64,000 bases of DNA from Lachnospiraceae bacterium (GCA_017427775.1 JAFRSD010000024.1:25808-89807), one strand, 5' to 3'. Numbered from the stretch's first letter, positions 18,790 through 27,521 are shown. Program-made: numbers and translations. Notes: generated by a model from the sequence alone, not told the origin.

Positions 18790-21642
18790 ATGTTACAGTT
18801 TATCGCACAGAAATTGCTGAACAAGAAATGGCTGATCCTCAGTATCGTCATCGGTAACATCCTGCTCGTCGCAATTGCGTCCTGCAACCCGATGTATACG
18901 AAGGCAGCCCTTCGCAAAATGCTTACCAGCGAAATGGATGAGTATCTGGAAGAGAAGAACCAGTATCCCGGTACCATCTACATTGAGGGACGTCTCGGTA
19001 ATTCCGTCCTGAAAGAGAAGAGTTCCACTTATTTTCCGGATTATACGAATGTTTTCGAAACAGTAAAGAGTCTGTACGGCATCGAGCCGATGCTTCAGGT
19101 CAGCTACATCGGAAACTCCAATACGCAGGATGCCAAGTTTGTGAATTCGCGTGAGAATTCCTCACAGAATTACGTTTCCATCAAGCTGGCGTCTCTGACG
19201 AATCTCGAAGACCATGTGGAGATGATCTCCGGAAACATTTACAGCAAGACGCCCGATGCGGACGGCGTTATCGATGTCATCGTAAACGAACCGGTATATC
19301 TTTCTTCGACAATGGTTGTCGGGGAAATGCTCGATATGGAAGGCTACCGTGATGTTAACGGCGATCCCGTCCGGATCCGTATCGCCGGCGTATTCCGCGC
19401 AAAAGACAGTGAAGACGTTTACTGGACGAAGGCACCGCTTTCCTACGTGAACGAATTCTTCATGGATCAGGATATCTTTACTTCGAAGTTCATCACGAAA
19501 GAGAAGATTTCCGGTAACGTTACCTGCAAATGGTATACGCTTTTCGATTATGACGCCATTACAACCGAACAGGTTGAGAAGATGATCGATATCGATGATA
19601 AGCTCAGCTACGATTATCTCGTACGCGGACTGTACCGCGTGAACTTCTATTACCATGATGTATTCACCGGTTTCGTTAAGAATTCCGGGCGCGTGGTCAA
19701 TACGATGTTCATCCTGCAGTGCCCGATCCTGATCCTGCTAGCGGTATTCATCTTCATGGTATCGAACCAGGTTATCTCGATCGAGCAAGGTGAGATTTCC
19801 ATCCTGAAGAGCCGAGGCGTAAGCAAGCGCCAGCTGTTGCTTACCTATTTGGGACAGTCGGTGATACTCGCGGTTATCGGATTCATCATCGGTATACCTT
19901 TCGGCTATCTGTTATGTCATCTGTTCGGATCGACGAACGCGTTCATGGAATTTGTCGGCAGAAAGGCAATGCATGTTACGGTCACGGGGACCGCGCTTCT
20001 GTACGGACTGATTGCCAGTGTCGCCGGCATTCTGATCATGACAATCCCGGTACTCAAGTATGCGAGATTCACGATCGTGGAGCAGAAGGCCAACAAGAGA
20101 AAGAAGACTACGCCTTTGTGGCAGAGAGTCGGCCTCGACTTTATTCTGCTCGGCATTTCCATCTACGGGTTTTATAACTTCAGCACGCAGAAGAAACTGC
20201 TGATCGAAAAGGTTGCGAAAGGGGATGCGCTTGATCCGATGCTGTTCCTTTCGGCATCACTGTTCATTTTGAGCTGCGCCATCGTATTCCTTCGTGTGAT
20301 ACCGCTTCTTGCGGCGCTGATCTTCCGGATCGGACGCAAGTTCTGGAAGCCCGCGGCATATGCTTCGTTCCTGCAGATCATGCGTGACATCCGTAAGCAG
20401 AACTTTATCACGGTGTTCCTCGTACTGACGATCGCGCTCGGGCTTTTCAACGCGAACATTGCACGTACCGTTAACAACAACGAGGAAATGCGTCTCCGTT
20501 ACGATACCGGTGCGGATATCGTGCTGCAGGAGCGCTGGGCCGACAACTCCGCGCAGATCAAGCTCGGTTATGCCAAGACGCTGATCTATACGGAGCCGGA
20601 TTTCTCCCGTTATACGAAACTTCAAGAAGAAAATCCCGACCGCATCAAAGCGCTTGCGAAAGTTCTTGTTGACAAGGCGTCGGTGAATTTTTCGGGAACA
20701 ACGACCGATGATATTCGTCTGATGGCGATCAATTCCTATGATTTCGGTAATACTTCCTGGCTTCCGGACGGCATGACCGAAGAGCATTGGTACAACTACC
20801 TGAACGCTCTTGCGGCGAACCCCGAGGGGGCCATCATTTCCCGCAATTTCGCGGACAAATTCGACGTCGAAGTCGGAAGCAACATTTCCGTATACCGGAA
20901 AGATTCCTCCGGCAAAACGATCGGACGTATGCCTTTGACGGTTGTTGCGATCATGGATATCTTCCCGTCGTATCAGAGCCGCGTACAGGTAACCGAAGAG
21001 GACGGCACCGTTTCCTATACGGACCAGTACTTCGTTGCCTGCAGCTTATCCAACCTGTCGAGATATTATCCGACGTCTCCTTACCAGATATGGATGAAGA
21101 TCGACGGAAAGACCGATTTCATCTATGACTGGGTAGAGGCAAATGAGATCGATCTGAGCCTCTTTGAGGATTATACCTCGAAGATCATCTCAATGAAGAA
21201 TGACCCGTATTTCCAGATCACGAACGGTATGCTGACGATTTCCTTTATCGTCGTGCTCGTTCTCTGTGCAATCGGCTTCCTCATCTACTGGCTTACGAAT
21301 ATCCGCTCGAGAGAGCTTATCTTCGGTATCTACCGTGCGATGGGTATGTCGATGGGAGAGCTGATCCGCATGCTGATCAACGAGCATTTCTTCGGATCTC
21401 TGATCCCGATCCTTTTCGGTGCCGGAATCGGTATTCTTGCATCGAAGATGTTCATTCCTCTCATTGAGATTGCTTACTCGCCTGCGGAACAGACACTTCC
21501 GACGCGTATCTTTACGGAAACATCCGATGTCATTCGGATCAGCGTAGTTGTCGGCATCATGCTCCTCGGATGTCTTACGGTTATCTCCGTACTGCTTTCG
21601 AAGATCAAGATCAACCAGGCTCTTAAGCTTGGAGAAGACTAA
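18790..21642 (+). CDS. FtsX/MacB-type ABC transporter permease, fused double module
   Basis: 950 aa. I count about 10 hydrophobic helices arranged 4+2+4. Two extracytoplasmic regions of roughly 250-270 aa follow helix 1 and helix 7. RBS AGGAGG. Confidence 0.8.
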   Translation: MLQFIAQKLLNKKWLILSIVIGNILLVAIASCNPMYTKAALRKMLTSEMDEYLEEKNQYPGTIYIEGRLGNSVLKEKSSTYFPDYTNVFETVKSLYGIEPMLQVSYIGNSNTQDAKFVNSRENSSQNYVSIKLASLTNLEDHVEMISGNIYSKTPDADGVIDVIVNEPVYLSSTMVVGEMLDMEGYRDVNGDPVRIRIAGVFRAKDSEDVYWTKAPLSYVNEFFMDQDIFTSKFITKEKISGNVTCKWYTLFDYDAITTEQVEKMIDIDDKLSYDYLVRGLYRVNFYYHDVFTGFVKNSGRVVNTMFILQCPILILLAVFIFMVSNQVISIEQGEISILKSRGVSKRQLLLTYLGQSVILAVIGFIIGIPFGYLLCHLFGSTNAFMEFVGRKAMHVTVTGTALLYGLIASVAGILIMTIPVLKYARFTIVEQKANKRKKTTPLWQRVGLDFILLGISIYGFYNFSTQKKLLIEKVAKGDALDPMLFLSASLFILSCAIVFLRVIPLLAALIFRIGRKFWKPAAYASFLQIMRDIRKQNFITVFLVLTIALGLFNANIARTVNNNEEMRLRYDTGADIVLQERWADNSAQIKLGYAKTLIYTEPDFSRYTKLQEENPDRIKALAKVLVDKASVNFSGTTTDDIRLMAINSYDFGNTSWLPDGMTEEHWYNYLNALAANPEGAIISRNFADKFDVEVGSNISVYRKDSSGKTIGRMPLTVVAIMDIFPSYQSRVQVTEEDGTVSYTDQYFVACSLSNLSRYYPTSPYQIWMKIDGKTDFIYDWVEANEIDLSLFEDYTSKIISMKNDPYFQITNGMLTISFIVVLVLCAIGFLIYWLTNIRSRELIFGIYRAMGMSMGELIRMLINEHFFGSLIPILFGAGIGILASKMFIPLIEIAYSPAEQTLPTRIFTETSDVIRISVVVGIMLLGCLTVISVLLSKIKINQALKLGED

Positions 21643-21650
21643 GGAGGACG

Positions 21651-22358
21651 ATGATGGAAGAATTGTTGCGTACACAAGGCGTGAAGCGTTCCTTCCCGGT
21701 CGCGGGCGGCGATTTCTGGGCTCTCAAGGGCATCAGCATCACCGTTCCGAAGAACTCCCTGACAATCTTAAAGGGACGTTCCGGTTCGGGTAAGACGACG
21801 TTACTGAATATTATCGGAGCGCTCGATGCTCCGACAAGCGGAACGGTTATATTTGACGGCCACGATATCTCGAAAGCATCCGACAAGGAGCGAGAAGTTC
21901 TGAGACGGAGCGAGATCGGCTTCATATTCCAGTCCGTTGCATTGATCCCGGTTATGTCCGCATACGAAAATGTGGAATATGCGCTCCGGCTCGCAGGCTA
22001 CAAGGGCGATTACAGGGAACGTGTTATGGAATGTCTCAAGATGGTCGGCCTCAGCAAGCGTGCATCCCATATGCCGCAGGAACTGTCCGGCGGTGAGCAG
22101 CAGCGTGTCGCCATCGCGAGAGCGATCGCTCATAAGCCGAAGATCATCTTTGCCGATGAGCCTACCGGTGAGCTGGACTCAGCAACGAGTCTGCAGGTAA
22201 TCGGTATCTTCAAGGAACTGATTGCGAAAGAGGGCATCACATTTGTCATGACGACGCATGACCCGAAACTCATGGGTTACGGCGATGTTGTATACGAAAT
22301 CCTCGACGGAGAGGTAATCTCCACCATCAATAACACCGAGGAGGAAAGCCATGAGTAA
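21651..22358 (+). CDS. ABC transporter ATP-binding protein (MacB/LolD-like)
   Basis: Walker A GRSGSGKTT, Q-loop IGFIFQS, signature LSGGEQQRVAIARA, Walker B IIFADEPTGELD, H-loop TTHD. Confidence 0.92.
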   Translation: MMEELLRTQGVKRSFPVAGGDFWALKGISITVPKNSLTILKGRSGSGKTTLLNIIGALDAPTSGTVIFDGHDISKASDKEREVLRRSEIGFIFQSVALIPVMSAYENVEYALRLAGYKGDYRERVMECLKMVGLSKRASHMPQELSGGEQQRVAIARAIAHKPKIIFADEPTGELDSATSLQVIGIFKELIAKEGITFVMTTHDPKLMGYGDVVYEILDGEVISTINNTEEESHE

Positions 22359-23562
22359 GAAGAAAAAAGGTGATATTGTCCTGAAGAAGGATATCGTAAA
22401 GAAGGGCGTTGAAGCCGCCGCGAAGAAGGCCGAAGAGGCAAAGGTCAGCGCATCGAAGACAGCCGAAGAGGCAAAGGACACCGTTTCCAAAGCTGAGGAT
22501 GCCGCAGTTAAGGCGTCGAAAGAGGCGGAGAAGACCGCGGAAGCCGTTAAAGACGCCGCGGAAACCGCAAAGGATGCCGCCGAAGCGGACGGCAATCCGA
22601 TGAGCGAGGAGATTTCAAAGGCACTCAAGGATTCCTTCATGGAAGCTTACAAAAAGCAGACCGAAGGAGAACTCGAGGACGAGCTTGACGATAACGTCAT
22701 GATCCTTTGCGAAAACCTCGTAAAGATTTATAAGACCAAGGAAACCGAAGTTCTTGCGTTACAGGGACTCGAGCTCCGGGTTGAGAAAGGCGAGTTTATC
22801 GCCATTATCGGTAGTTCCGGTTCCGGTAAGTCCACCTTCTTAAACCTGCTCGGCGGACTTGACCGTCCGAGCGCAGGCAAATTATACGTGGACGGCAAGA
22901 ACCTGTTTAAGATGACCGAAAGCCAGCTTGTTTCCTATAAGCAGAAGACGGTCGGATTTGTCTGGCAGAACAATGCGAGAAACCTGCTGCCTTACCTGAC
23001 GGCAATTCAGAACGTCGAACTTCCGATGCTGTTCTGTGAGCCGAAGGAACGTCATCAGAGAGCACTCGACCTGCTGACGCTTGTCGGTATGGCGCACAAG
23101 AAGGACAGCAAGCTCAGTCAGCTGTCCGGCGGTGAGCAGCAGCGTATCGCCATCGCGATTGCACTCGCAAACCGGCCTAAGCTGCTGCTGGCGGATGAGC
23201 CTACCGGTTCGGTAGACCAGAAGACCAGCGACGCGGTTCTTGATGTATTCCGTAAACTGAATTCCGAACTCGGTATCACGATCGTTATCGTTACCCATGA
23301 TATTAACCTTGCAAAGAAGGTTAACCGTGTCGTAATGATGCGTGACGGTAAGACGAGTATCGAGCGAATCATGAAGGAAGAGTTCGTAAAGGAACAGCTT
23401 CACGGCTTTATCGAGGAGGATACGCACGAAGAGTACGCAATTCTCGACCATGCCGGCCGTGTGCAGATCCCGCGTGAGATGCTGGATGAGATCGGTGTCA
23501 ACAGCAAGAAGATCCGCATGTCGGTAGATGGCGACAAGATCGTCATCACGAAGGCGGAGTAA
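22351..23562 (+). CDS. ABC transporter ATP-binding protein with Ala/Glu/Lys-rich N-terminal extension and AbrB/SpoVT-like C-terminal domain
   Basis: Overlaps the upstream stop by 8 nt. About 105 aa of low-complexity N-terminus (AAKKAEEAKVSASKTAEEAKDTVSKAEDAAVKASKEAEKTAEAVKDAAETAKDAAEADG). NBD motifs: GSSGSGKST, LSGGEQQRIAIAIA, LLLADEPTGSVD, VTHD. The C-terminus GRVQIPREMLDEIGVNSKKIRMSVDGDKIVI resembles a swapped-hairpin AbrB domain. Confidence 0.85.
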   Translation: MSKKKKGDIVLKKDIVKKGVEAAAKKAEEAKVSASKTAEEAKDTVSKAEDAAVKASKEAEKTAEAVKDAAETAKDAAEADGNPMSEEISKALKDSFMEAYKKQTEGELEDELDDNVMILCENLVKIYKTKETEVLALQGLELRVEKGEFIAIIGSSGSGKSTFLNLLGGLDRPSAGKLYVDGKNLFKMTESQLVSYKQKTVGFVWQNNARNLLPYLTAIQNVELPMLFCEPKERHQRALDLLTLVGMAHKKDSKLSQLSGGEQQRIAIAIALANRPKLLLADEPTGSVDQKTSDAVLDVFRKLNSELGITIVIVTHDINLAKKVNRVVMMRDGKTSIERIMKEEFVKEQLHGFIEEDTHEEYAILDHAGRVQIPREMLDEIGVNSKKIRMSVDGDKIVITKAE

Positions 23563-23597
23563 GATTTGACGTTAAGATTCTAATTGAAACAGGATAA

Positions 23598-23636
23598 GAA
23601 AAGAACCGTCGCGAAAGTGACGGTTCTTTTCCGTTT
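23598..23636 (+). terminator. rho-independent terminator after the ABC operon
   Basis: A 13-bp perfect stem, GAAAAGAACCGTC (23598-23610) with GACGGTTCTTTTC (23619-23631); the loop is GCGAAAGT. Confidence 0.8.
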
Positions 23637-23662
23637 ACGAAGCAGGGAAAATGGTGTACAAT
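23634..23662 (+). promoter_or_regulatory. candidate promoter for the XRE-family gene
   Basis: TTTACG (23634-23639), 17-nt spacer, TACAAT (23657-23662). Confidence 0.4.
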
Positions 23663-23784
23663 ATTAATGTTTTCCTTAATAAATCATGCATATTCCCGCC
23701 TTGCGAGAGTCATTTTCGGTCAGCGGGATGGCTTTTTTGCTCTCGCAAATGTAGAATGACCTCAGAAGGAAGGGAGGAATGGGA

Positions 23785-24435
23785 ATGGAGAAGAGTTCAA
23801 TCGGAACTTTTTTGACAGCACTTCGGAAAGCGAACGGAATGACGCAGAAGGAACTGGCGGAGCGGCTTAATGTTTCCGACAAGGCCGTGAGCCGTTGGGA
23901 ACGGGACGAGAGCTATCCGGATATCACGCAGATTCCGGTCATAGCGGATATCTTCGGGATTACTTCGGATGAACTGTTACGTGGGGAGCGAAGTGACGCA
24001 GGGAATCCGGTAAAAGCTTTGGAGCGTACCGAACGGGAAATCGCACATTTTTCTGAAAGTGTCCGGTCTGATCATCTGATCCGGACAATTGCCGCGATCA
24101 CCGTTGCCGCGGTAGCTTTGATAGTCAGGCTTGTCATTTATGACAAGGCAAATACTGAGACCTATTTTATGACGAAAGAGGCAACCGATGCGTGGTTTCA
24201 GAAGATGGATATTCTGGACGGTATCGTTTCGGCGCTCAGCTGGGGCGCATTTCTTGCCGCGACGGCTTATGTTGTTATCCTGTTTTTGAAAGCAAAGGAG
24301 AAACTGGCCCGGATTGACTCGGAAGACGAACCTGTTACGAACGCAAAGCGGAATGTGAAGTTAGTCTTTCGGATCAGCAGATGGTTACTGTTTATCATCT
24401 TCCTGCTGAATCTGGTTATTATCTTACAACTATAA
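23785..24435 (+). CDS. XRE-family helix-turn-helix protein with C-terminal transmembrane segments
   Basis: LRKANGMTQKELAERLNVSDKAVSRWERDESYPDI is a Cro/C1-type HTH. Hydrophobic helices follow (IAAITVAAVALIVRLVIY, ALSWGAFLAATAYVVILFL, WLLFIIFLLNLVIIL). ATG 23785 lies 7 nt after GGGAGG; ATG 23779 lies only 1 nt after it. Confidence 0.8.
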   Translation: MEKSSIGTFLTALRKANGMTQKELAERLNVSDKAVSRWERDESYPDITQIPVIADIFGITSDELLRGERSDAGNPVKALERTEREIAHFSESVRSDHLIRTIAAITVAAVALIVRLVIYDKANTETYFMTKEATDAWFQKMDILDGIVSALSWGAFLAATAYVVILFLKAKEKLARIDSEDEPVTNAKRNVKLVFRISRWLLFIIFLLNLVIILQL

Positions 24436-24436
24436 G

Positions 24437-24470
24437 AAAAACCACCGGTTTTCATGCCGGTGGTTTTTTC
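24437..24470. terminator. bidirectional rho-independent terminator between convergent genes
   Basis: AAAA-ACCACCGG (24441-24448), loop TTTTCATG, CCGGTGGT (24457-24464)-TTTTTT. An A-tract lies on one side and a T-tract on the other, so it could serve both the XRE gene (+) and pyrI (-). Confidence 0.8.
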
Positions 24471-24491
24471 GTATATATCCGCAGAAGTATT

Positions 24492-24923
24492 CTACAGATT
24501 GCTCTCTTTGTATTTTTGCTCGCAGTATACACAGCGGTAGACGCATTTTTCTTCGTTCGTAAGACGGAAGCGGTGCGGGAGTTCCTGCTCGATGCTCGTG
24601 ATGCAGCGGGGGTTCTTGCACTTAAGGATGTTCGTTACCTCGCGGGGAAGACGTACGCGGCGCTTCTCGACGATGACGTCGTTTTCGATGATATTTAAGG
24701 TAATGTTCGGATCAAGTACCGCGAGGGTATCGAGGTCGACCGTGATCGGACCTTCAATCTTAATGATGTCTTTCCGGCCCATTTTATTGCTGGATGCGTT
24801 TTTAATGATCGCGACGCAGCAGTCGAGCTTGCCGAGCTCAAGATATTCGTAAATCTGCATGCCCTGGCCGGCTTTGATATGGTCAATGACTACGCCTTGA
24901 TGGAGTCCGCCGATATTTAACAT
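24492..24923 (-). CDS. pyrI: aspartate carbamoyltransferase regulatory subunit
   Basis: 143 aa. VIDHIKAG..., and a C-terminal Zn-cluster CKNPRCIT...YRCVYCE typical of PyrI. Confidence 0.9.
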   Translation of the reverse strand: MLNIGGLHQGVVIDHIKAGQGMQIYEYLELGKLDCCVAIIKNASSNKMGRKDIIKIEGPITVDLDTLAVLDPNITLNIIENDVIVEKRRVRLPREVTNILKCKNPRCITSIEQELPHRFRLTNEEKCVYRCVYCEQKYKESNL

Positions 24924-24936
24924 GTTGTGTACCTCC

Positions 24937-25869
24937 TTATTTTTGCGGGATGCGGTCCTTCAGACCGAGGAGCAGGATGATCAGAGCCATACGGGCGTAT
25001 ACGCCGAAGCCGGCCTGACGGAAATAGGCCGCGCGCGGGTCATCGTCGACCTCAACGGAGATTTCGTTGACACGCGGAAGCGGATGAAGGACGAACATGT
25101 CCTCACGGGCAAGCTTCATCTTCTCGGGCGTCAGAATGAAGCTGTTCTTTAAGCGGATGTAATCCTCCTCGTTGAAGAAACGCTCGCGCTGTACTCTTGT
25201 CATGTAAAGAATGTCAAGCTCGGGCATTACCTCGTCAAGGGAACGGACTTCCTTGTAAGGAATGTTCTTTGCGTCAAGCACTTCCTCTTTGAGGTATGCC
25301 GGGATGCACAGTTCTTCGGGCGAGATCAGTACGAAGCGGATGCCGGGGTATCGTACCATCGCGTTGATCAGCGAGTGTACCGTACGGCCGAACTTGAGGT
25401 CACCGCAAAGACCGATGGTCATGTTATCAAGGCGTCCTTTGAGTTCGAGGATTGTCAGCAGGTCGGTGAGTGTCTGCGTCGGATGGTTGTGGCCGCCGTC
25501 GCCTGCATTGATTACCGGAATTCCGGAATGCTGTGATGCGACGAACGGAGCACCTTCCTTCGGGTGACGCATCGCACAGATGTCAGCGTAGTAGGAGATG
25601 ATTCGGATCGTGTCGGAGACGCTTTCTCCTTTGGCGGCCGAGCTTGAATCCGCGCTCTGGAAGCCGAGAACCGAACCGCCGAGATTGAGCATTGCCGCCT
25701 CAAAGGAAAGGCGCGTTCTGGTGCTCGGTTCGTAGAAGCAGGTTGCGAGTTTCTTGCCGTCACACACGTGACGGTAGCGCTCAGGATCTTTCATGATGTC
25801 CTGGGCGAGCGAGAGGAGTTCGGTGAGTTCCTCAAGGCTTAAGTCCATCGGGCTGATAAGGTGTTTCAT
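24937..25869 (-). CDS. pyrB: aspartate carbamoyltransferase catalytic subunit
   Basis: 310 aa with [17 protein letters not shown] and HPLPR motifs. Confidence 0.95.
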   Translation of the reverse strand: MKHLISPMDLSLEELTELLSLAQDIMKDPERYRHVCDGKKLATCFYEPSTRTRLSFEAAMLNLGGSVLGFQSADSSSAAKGESVSDTIRIISYYADICAMRHPKEGAPFVASQHSGIPVINAGDGGHNHPTQTLTDLLTILELKGRLDNMTIGLCGDLKFGRTVHSLINAMVRYPGIRFVLISPEELCIPAYLKEEVLDAKNIPYKEVRSLDEVMPELDILYMTRVQRERFFNEEDYIRLKNSFILTPEKMKLAREDMFVLHPLPRVNEISVEVDDDPRAAYFRQAGFGVYARMALIILLLGLKDRIPQK

Positions 25870-25940
25870 GTGTATCCTCCTATATGTGAATTTTGAAAGA
25901 TGCAGGCACAGAAATAGGAATCACAAAGATTCATTCCCAT

Positions 25941-25970
25941 GAAAAAGCCTGCGATTATTTCGCAGGCTTG
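25941..25970 (-). terminator. rho-independent terminator of uxaC, overlapping its stop codon
   Basis: Minus strand reads AAGCCTGCG-AAATAAT-CGCAGGCTT-TTTC. The last codons (FKPAK) and the TAA stop lie within the stem and loop. Confidence 0.7.
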
Positions 25971-27364
25971 AAATCAAAGTAACGAAGACAGTTGTTGTAG
26001 CAAATATCTTCCACGATCGAACCGAGATAAGTAATATCCGCGGGATACTCGCCGCCGGCAACAAGACCGCCGAGGAAGCGGCAAAGGATACGACGGAAAT
26101 ACTCATGTCTCGTATAGGAAAGAAAACTGCGGGAATCGGTAAGCATTCCGATGAAATTACCGAGCACGCCGAGTTCGGAAAGGCTCGTAAGCTGGGCAAG
26201 CATGCCGTTCTTATGATCATTGAACCACCACGCCGAACCGTGCTGGATCTTGCCGGCAGCGGAACCGTCCTGGAAACAGCCGATCACGGAATCAATCGCC
26301 GCATTGTCAATCGGATTCAGCGAATAGAGAACCGTCTTCGGAAGTTCCTCCGTAAGAGCAAGGGAATTCAGGAAGTTCGTCAGCTGGCTGACGGGCGTAT
26401 AGTTATCGATGCAGTCAAAACCGGTGTTGGGACCGATCTTAATGTACATGAACGTATTGTTATCACGCTTCACGCCGTAATGGAGCTGCATGACAAATCC
26501 CACGCGGGCATACTGTTTTGCAAGATAGGAAAGAAGATTGGTGCGGTATTCCATTGCTTCCTGCGGGGAAACCGCGCCGCCGTCCATCTTCTTACGGAAA
26601 ATGGCATTGGCAGTCTCGTCATCACAAGGTTGGTACATAACATAGGGAAGCCCGTGGTCAGCCGTCTTGCATCCGCGGAAAGCGAAGTAGTTGATGCGTT
26701 CGTTGAGGCAGTCCTTCAAATCGGACAGACTGTACATCGCCCAGTCGCAGACTTTGCCGAGCTTTTCAACGGAAGCCGCAAATGTGGGCTTCTCAATATC
26801 CAGATAATTATCGGGACGAAAAGCGGGAAGGACCTGTACGTCAAAGGACGGGTCCTCGGCAAGCATCTTATGATATTTTAAATCATCACAGGGATCGTCG
26901 GTCGTACAGAGAATCCGTACGTTAGACATCTTGATCAGATTGCGGGCAGAGAAGCCCGGTTTCTGAAGATATGCGTTGCAACGGTCATAAATATCGCGTG
27001 CATTGGATGCGGTAAGCGGTTCATTGATGTCGAAATACCGCTGCAGTTCGAGATGGCTCCAATGATAGAGCGGATTGCCGGGGGCACGCTGAAGCGCCTG
27101 CGCGAAAGCAAGAAACTTCGCGTAATCGCTTGCGTTACCGGTAATCAGGGATTCGGAAACACCGTTCCCGCGCATGAGACGCCACTTATAGTGGTCAGCG
27201 CCGAGCCAGAGCTCCGTAATCGAACGGAAATGAACGTCTTTGGCAATTTCTTCAACCGGAATGTGGCAATGATAATCAATGATCGGCATATGCTCCGCAA
27301 AACGGTGATAAAGCGTCTCGGCATATTCCGTATCCAGAAGAAAATTGCGGTCCATAAATTCCAT
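25955..27364 (-). CDS. uxaC: glucuronate isomerase
   Basis: 469 aa. N-terminus MEFMDRNFLLDTEYAETLYHRFAEHMPIIDYHCHI is characteristic of UxaC. Confidence 0.93.
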   Translation of the reverse strand: MEFMDRNFLLDTEYAETLYHRFAEHMPIIDYHCHIPVEEIAKDVHFRSITELWLGADHYKWRLMRGNGVSESLITGNASDYAKFLAFAQALQRAPGNPLYHWSHLELQRYFDINEPLTASNARDIYDRCNAYLQKPGFSARNLIKMSNVRILCTTDDPCDDLKYHKMLAEDPSFDVQVLPAFRPDNYLDIEKPTFAASVEKLGKVCDWAMYSLSDLKDCLNERINYFAFRGCKTADHGLPYVMYQPCDDETANAIFRKKMDGGAVSPQEAMEYRTNLLSYLAKQYARVGFVMQLHYGVKRDNNTFMYIKIGPNTGFDCIDNYTPVSQLTNFLNSLALTEELPKTVLYSLNPIDNAAIDSVIGCFQDGSAAGKIQHGSAWWFNDHKNGMLAQLTSLSELGVLGNFIGMLTDSRSFLSYTRHEYFRRILCRFLGGLVAGGEYPADITYLGSIVEDICYNNCLRYFDFKPAK

Positions 27365-27405
27365 TCCGGGGCTGCCTCCGTGTTTCCTTTAATCTTATCT
27401 GCGCT

Positions 27406-27434
27406 ATCTTACCATATTCGAAAAACAAATTCAA
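27406..27434 (-). promoter_or_regulatory. sigma-A-type promoter for uxaC
   Basis: Minus strand reads TTGAAT (27434-27429), 17-nt spacer, TGg-TAAGAT (27411-27406). Confidence 0.6.
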
Positions 27435-27492
27435 TACATTTTCCGCCGAATTGAGAAAAATATCAAGATATAGGTATCAGACAATATTTTTG

Positions 27493-27521
27493 TTGCGGAA
27501 AGGTGCAACATGTGGTAAAAT
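27493..27521 (+). promoter_or_regulatory. sigma-A-type promoter for kdgK with overlapping inverted repeat
   Basis: TTGCGG (27493-27498), 17-nt spacer, TGg-TAAAAT (27516-27521). The inverted repeat TGTTGC (27491-27496) / GCAACA (27505-27510) overlaps the -35 and spacer. Confidence 0.55.

Noticed and set aside
22409-22603. 64-aa Arg/Pro/Lys-rich ORF (MKPPRRRPKRQRSAHRR...) overlapping the ATPase N-terminal repeat
   Set aside because: It is an alternative frame of the GCC/GAA/AAG-rich repeat DNA. The ATPase frame is supported by translational coupling and continuity with the NBD.
24381-24698. 105-aa plus-strand ORF running from the XRE gene 3' end through the terminator into pyrI
   Set aside because: It crosses a strong bidirectional terminator and is antisense to pyrI, with no RBS or motifs.
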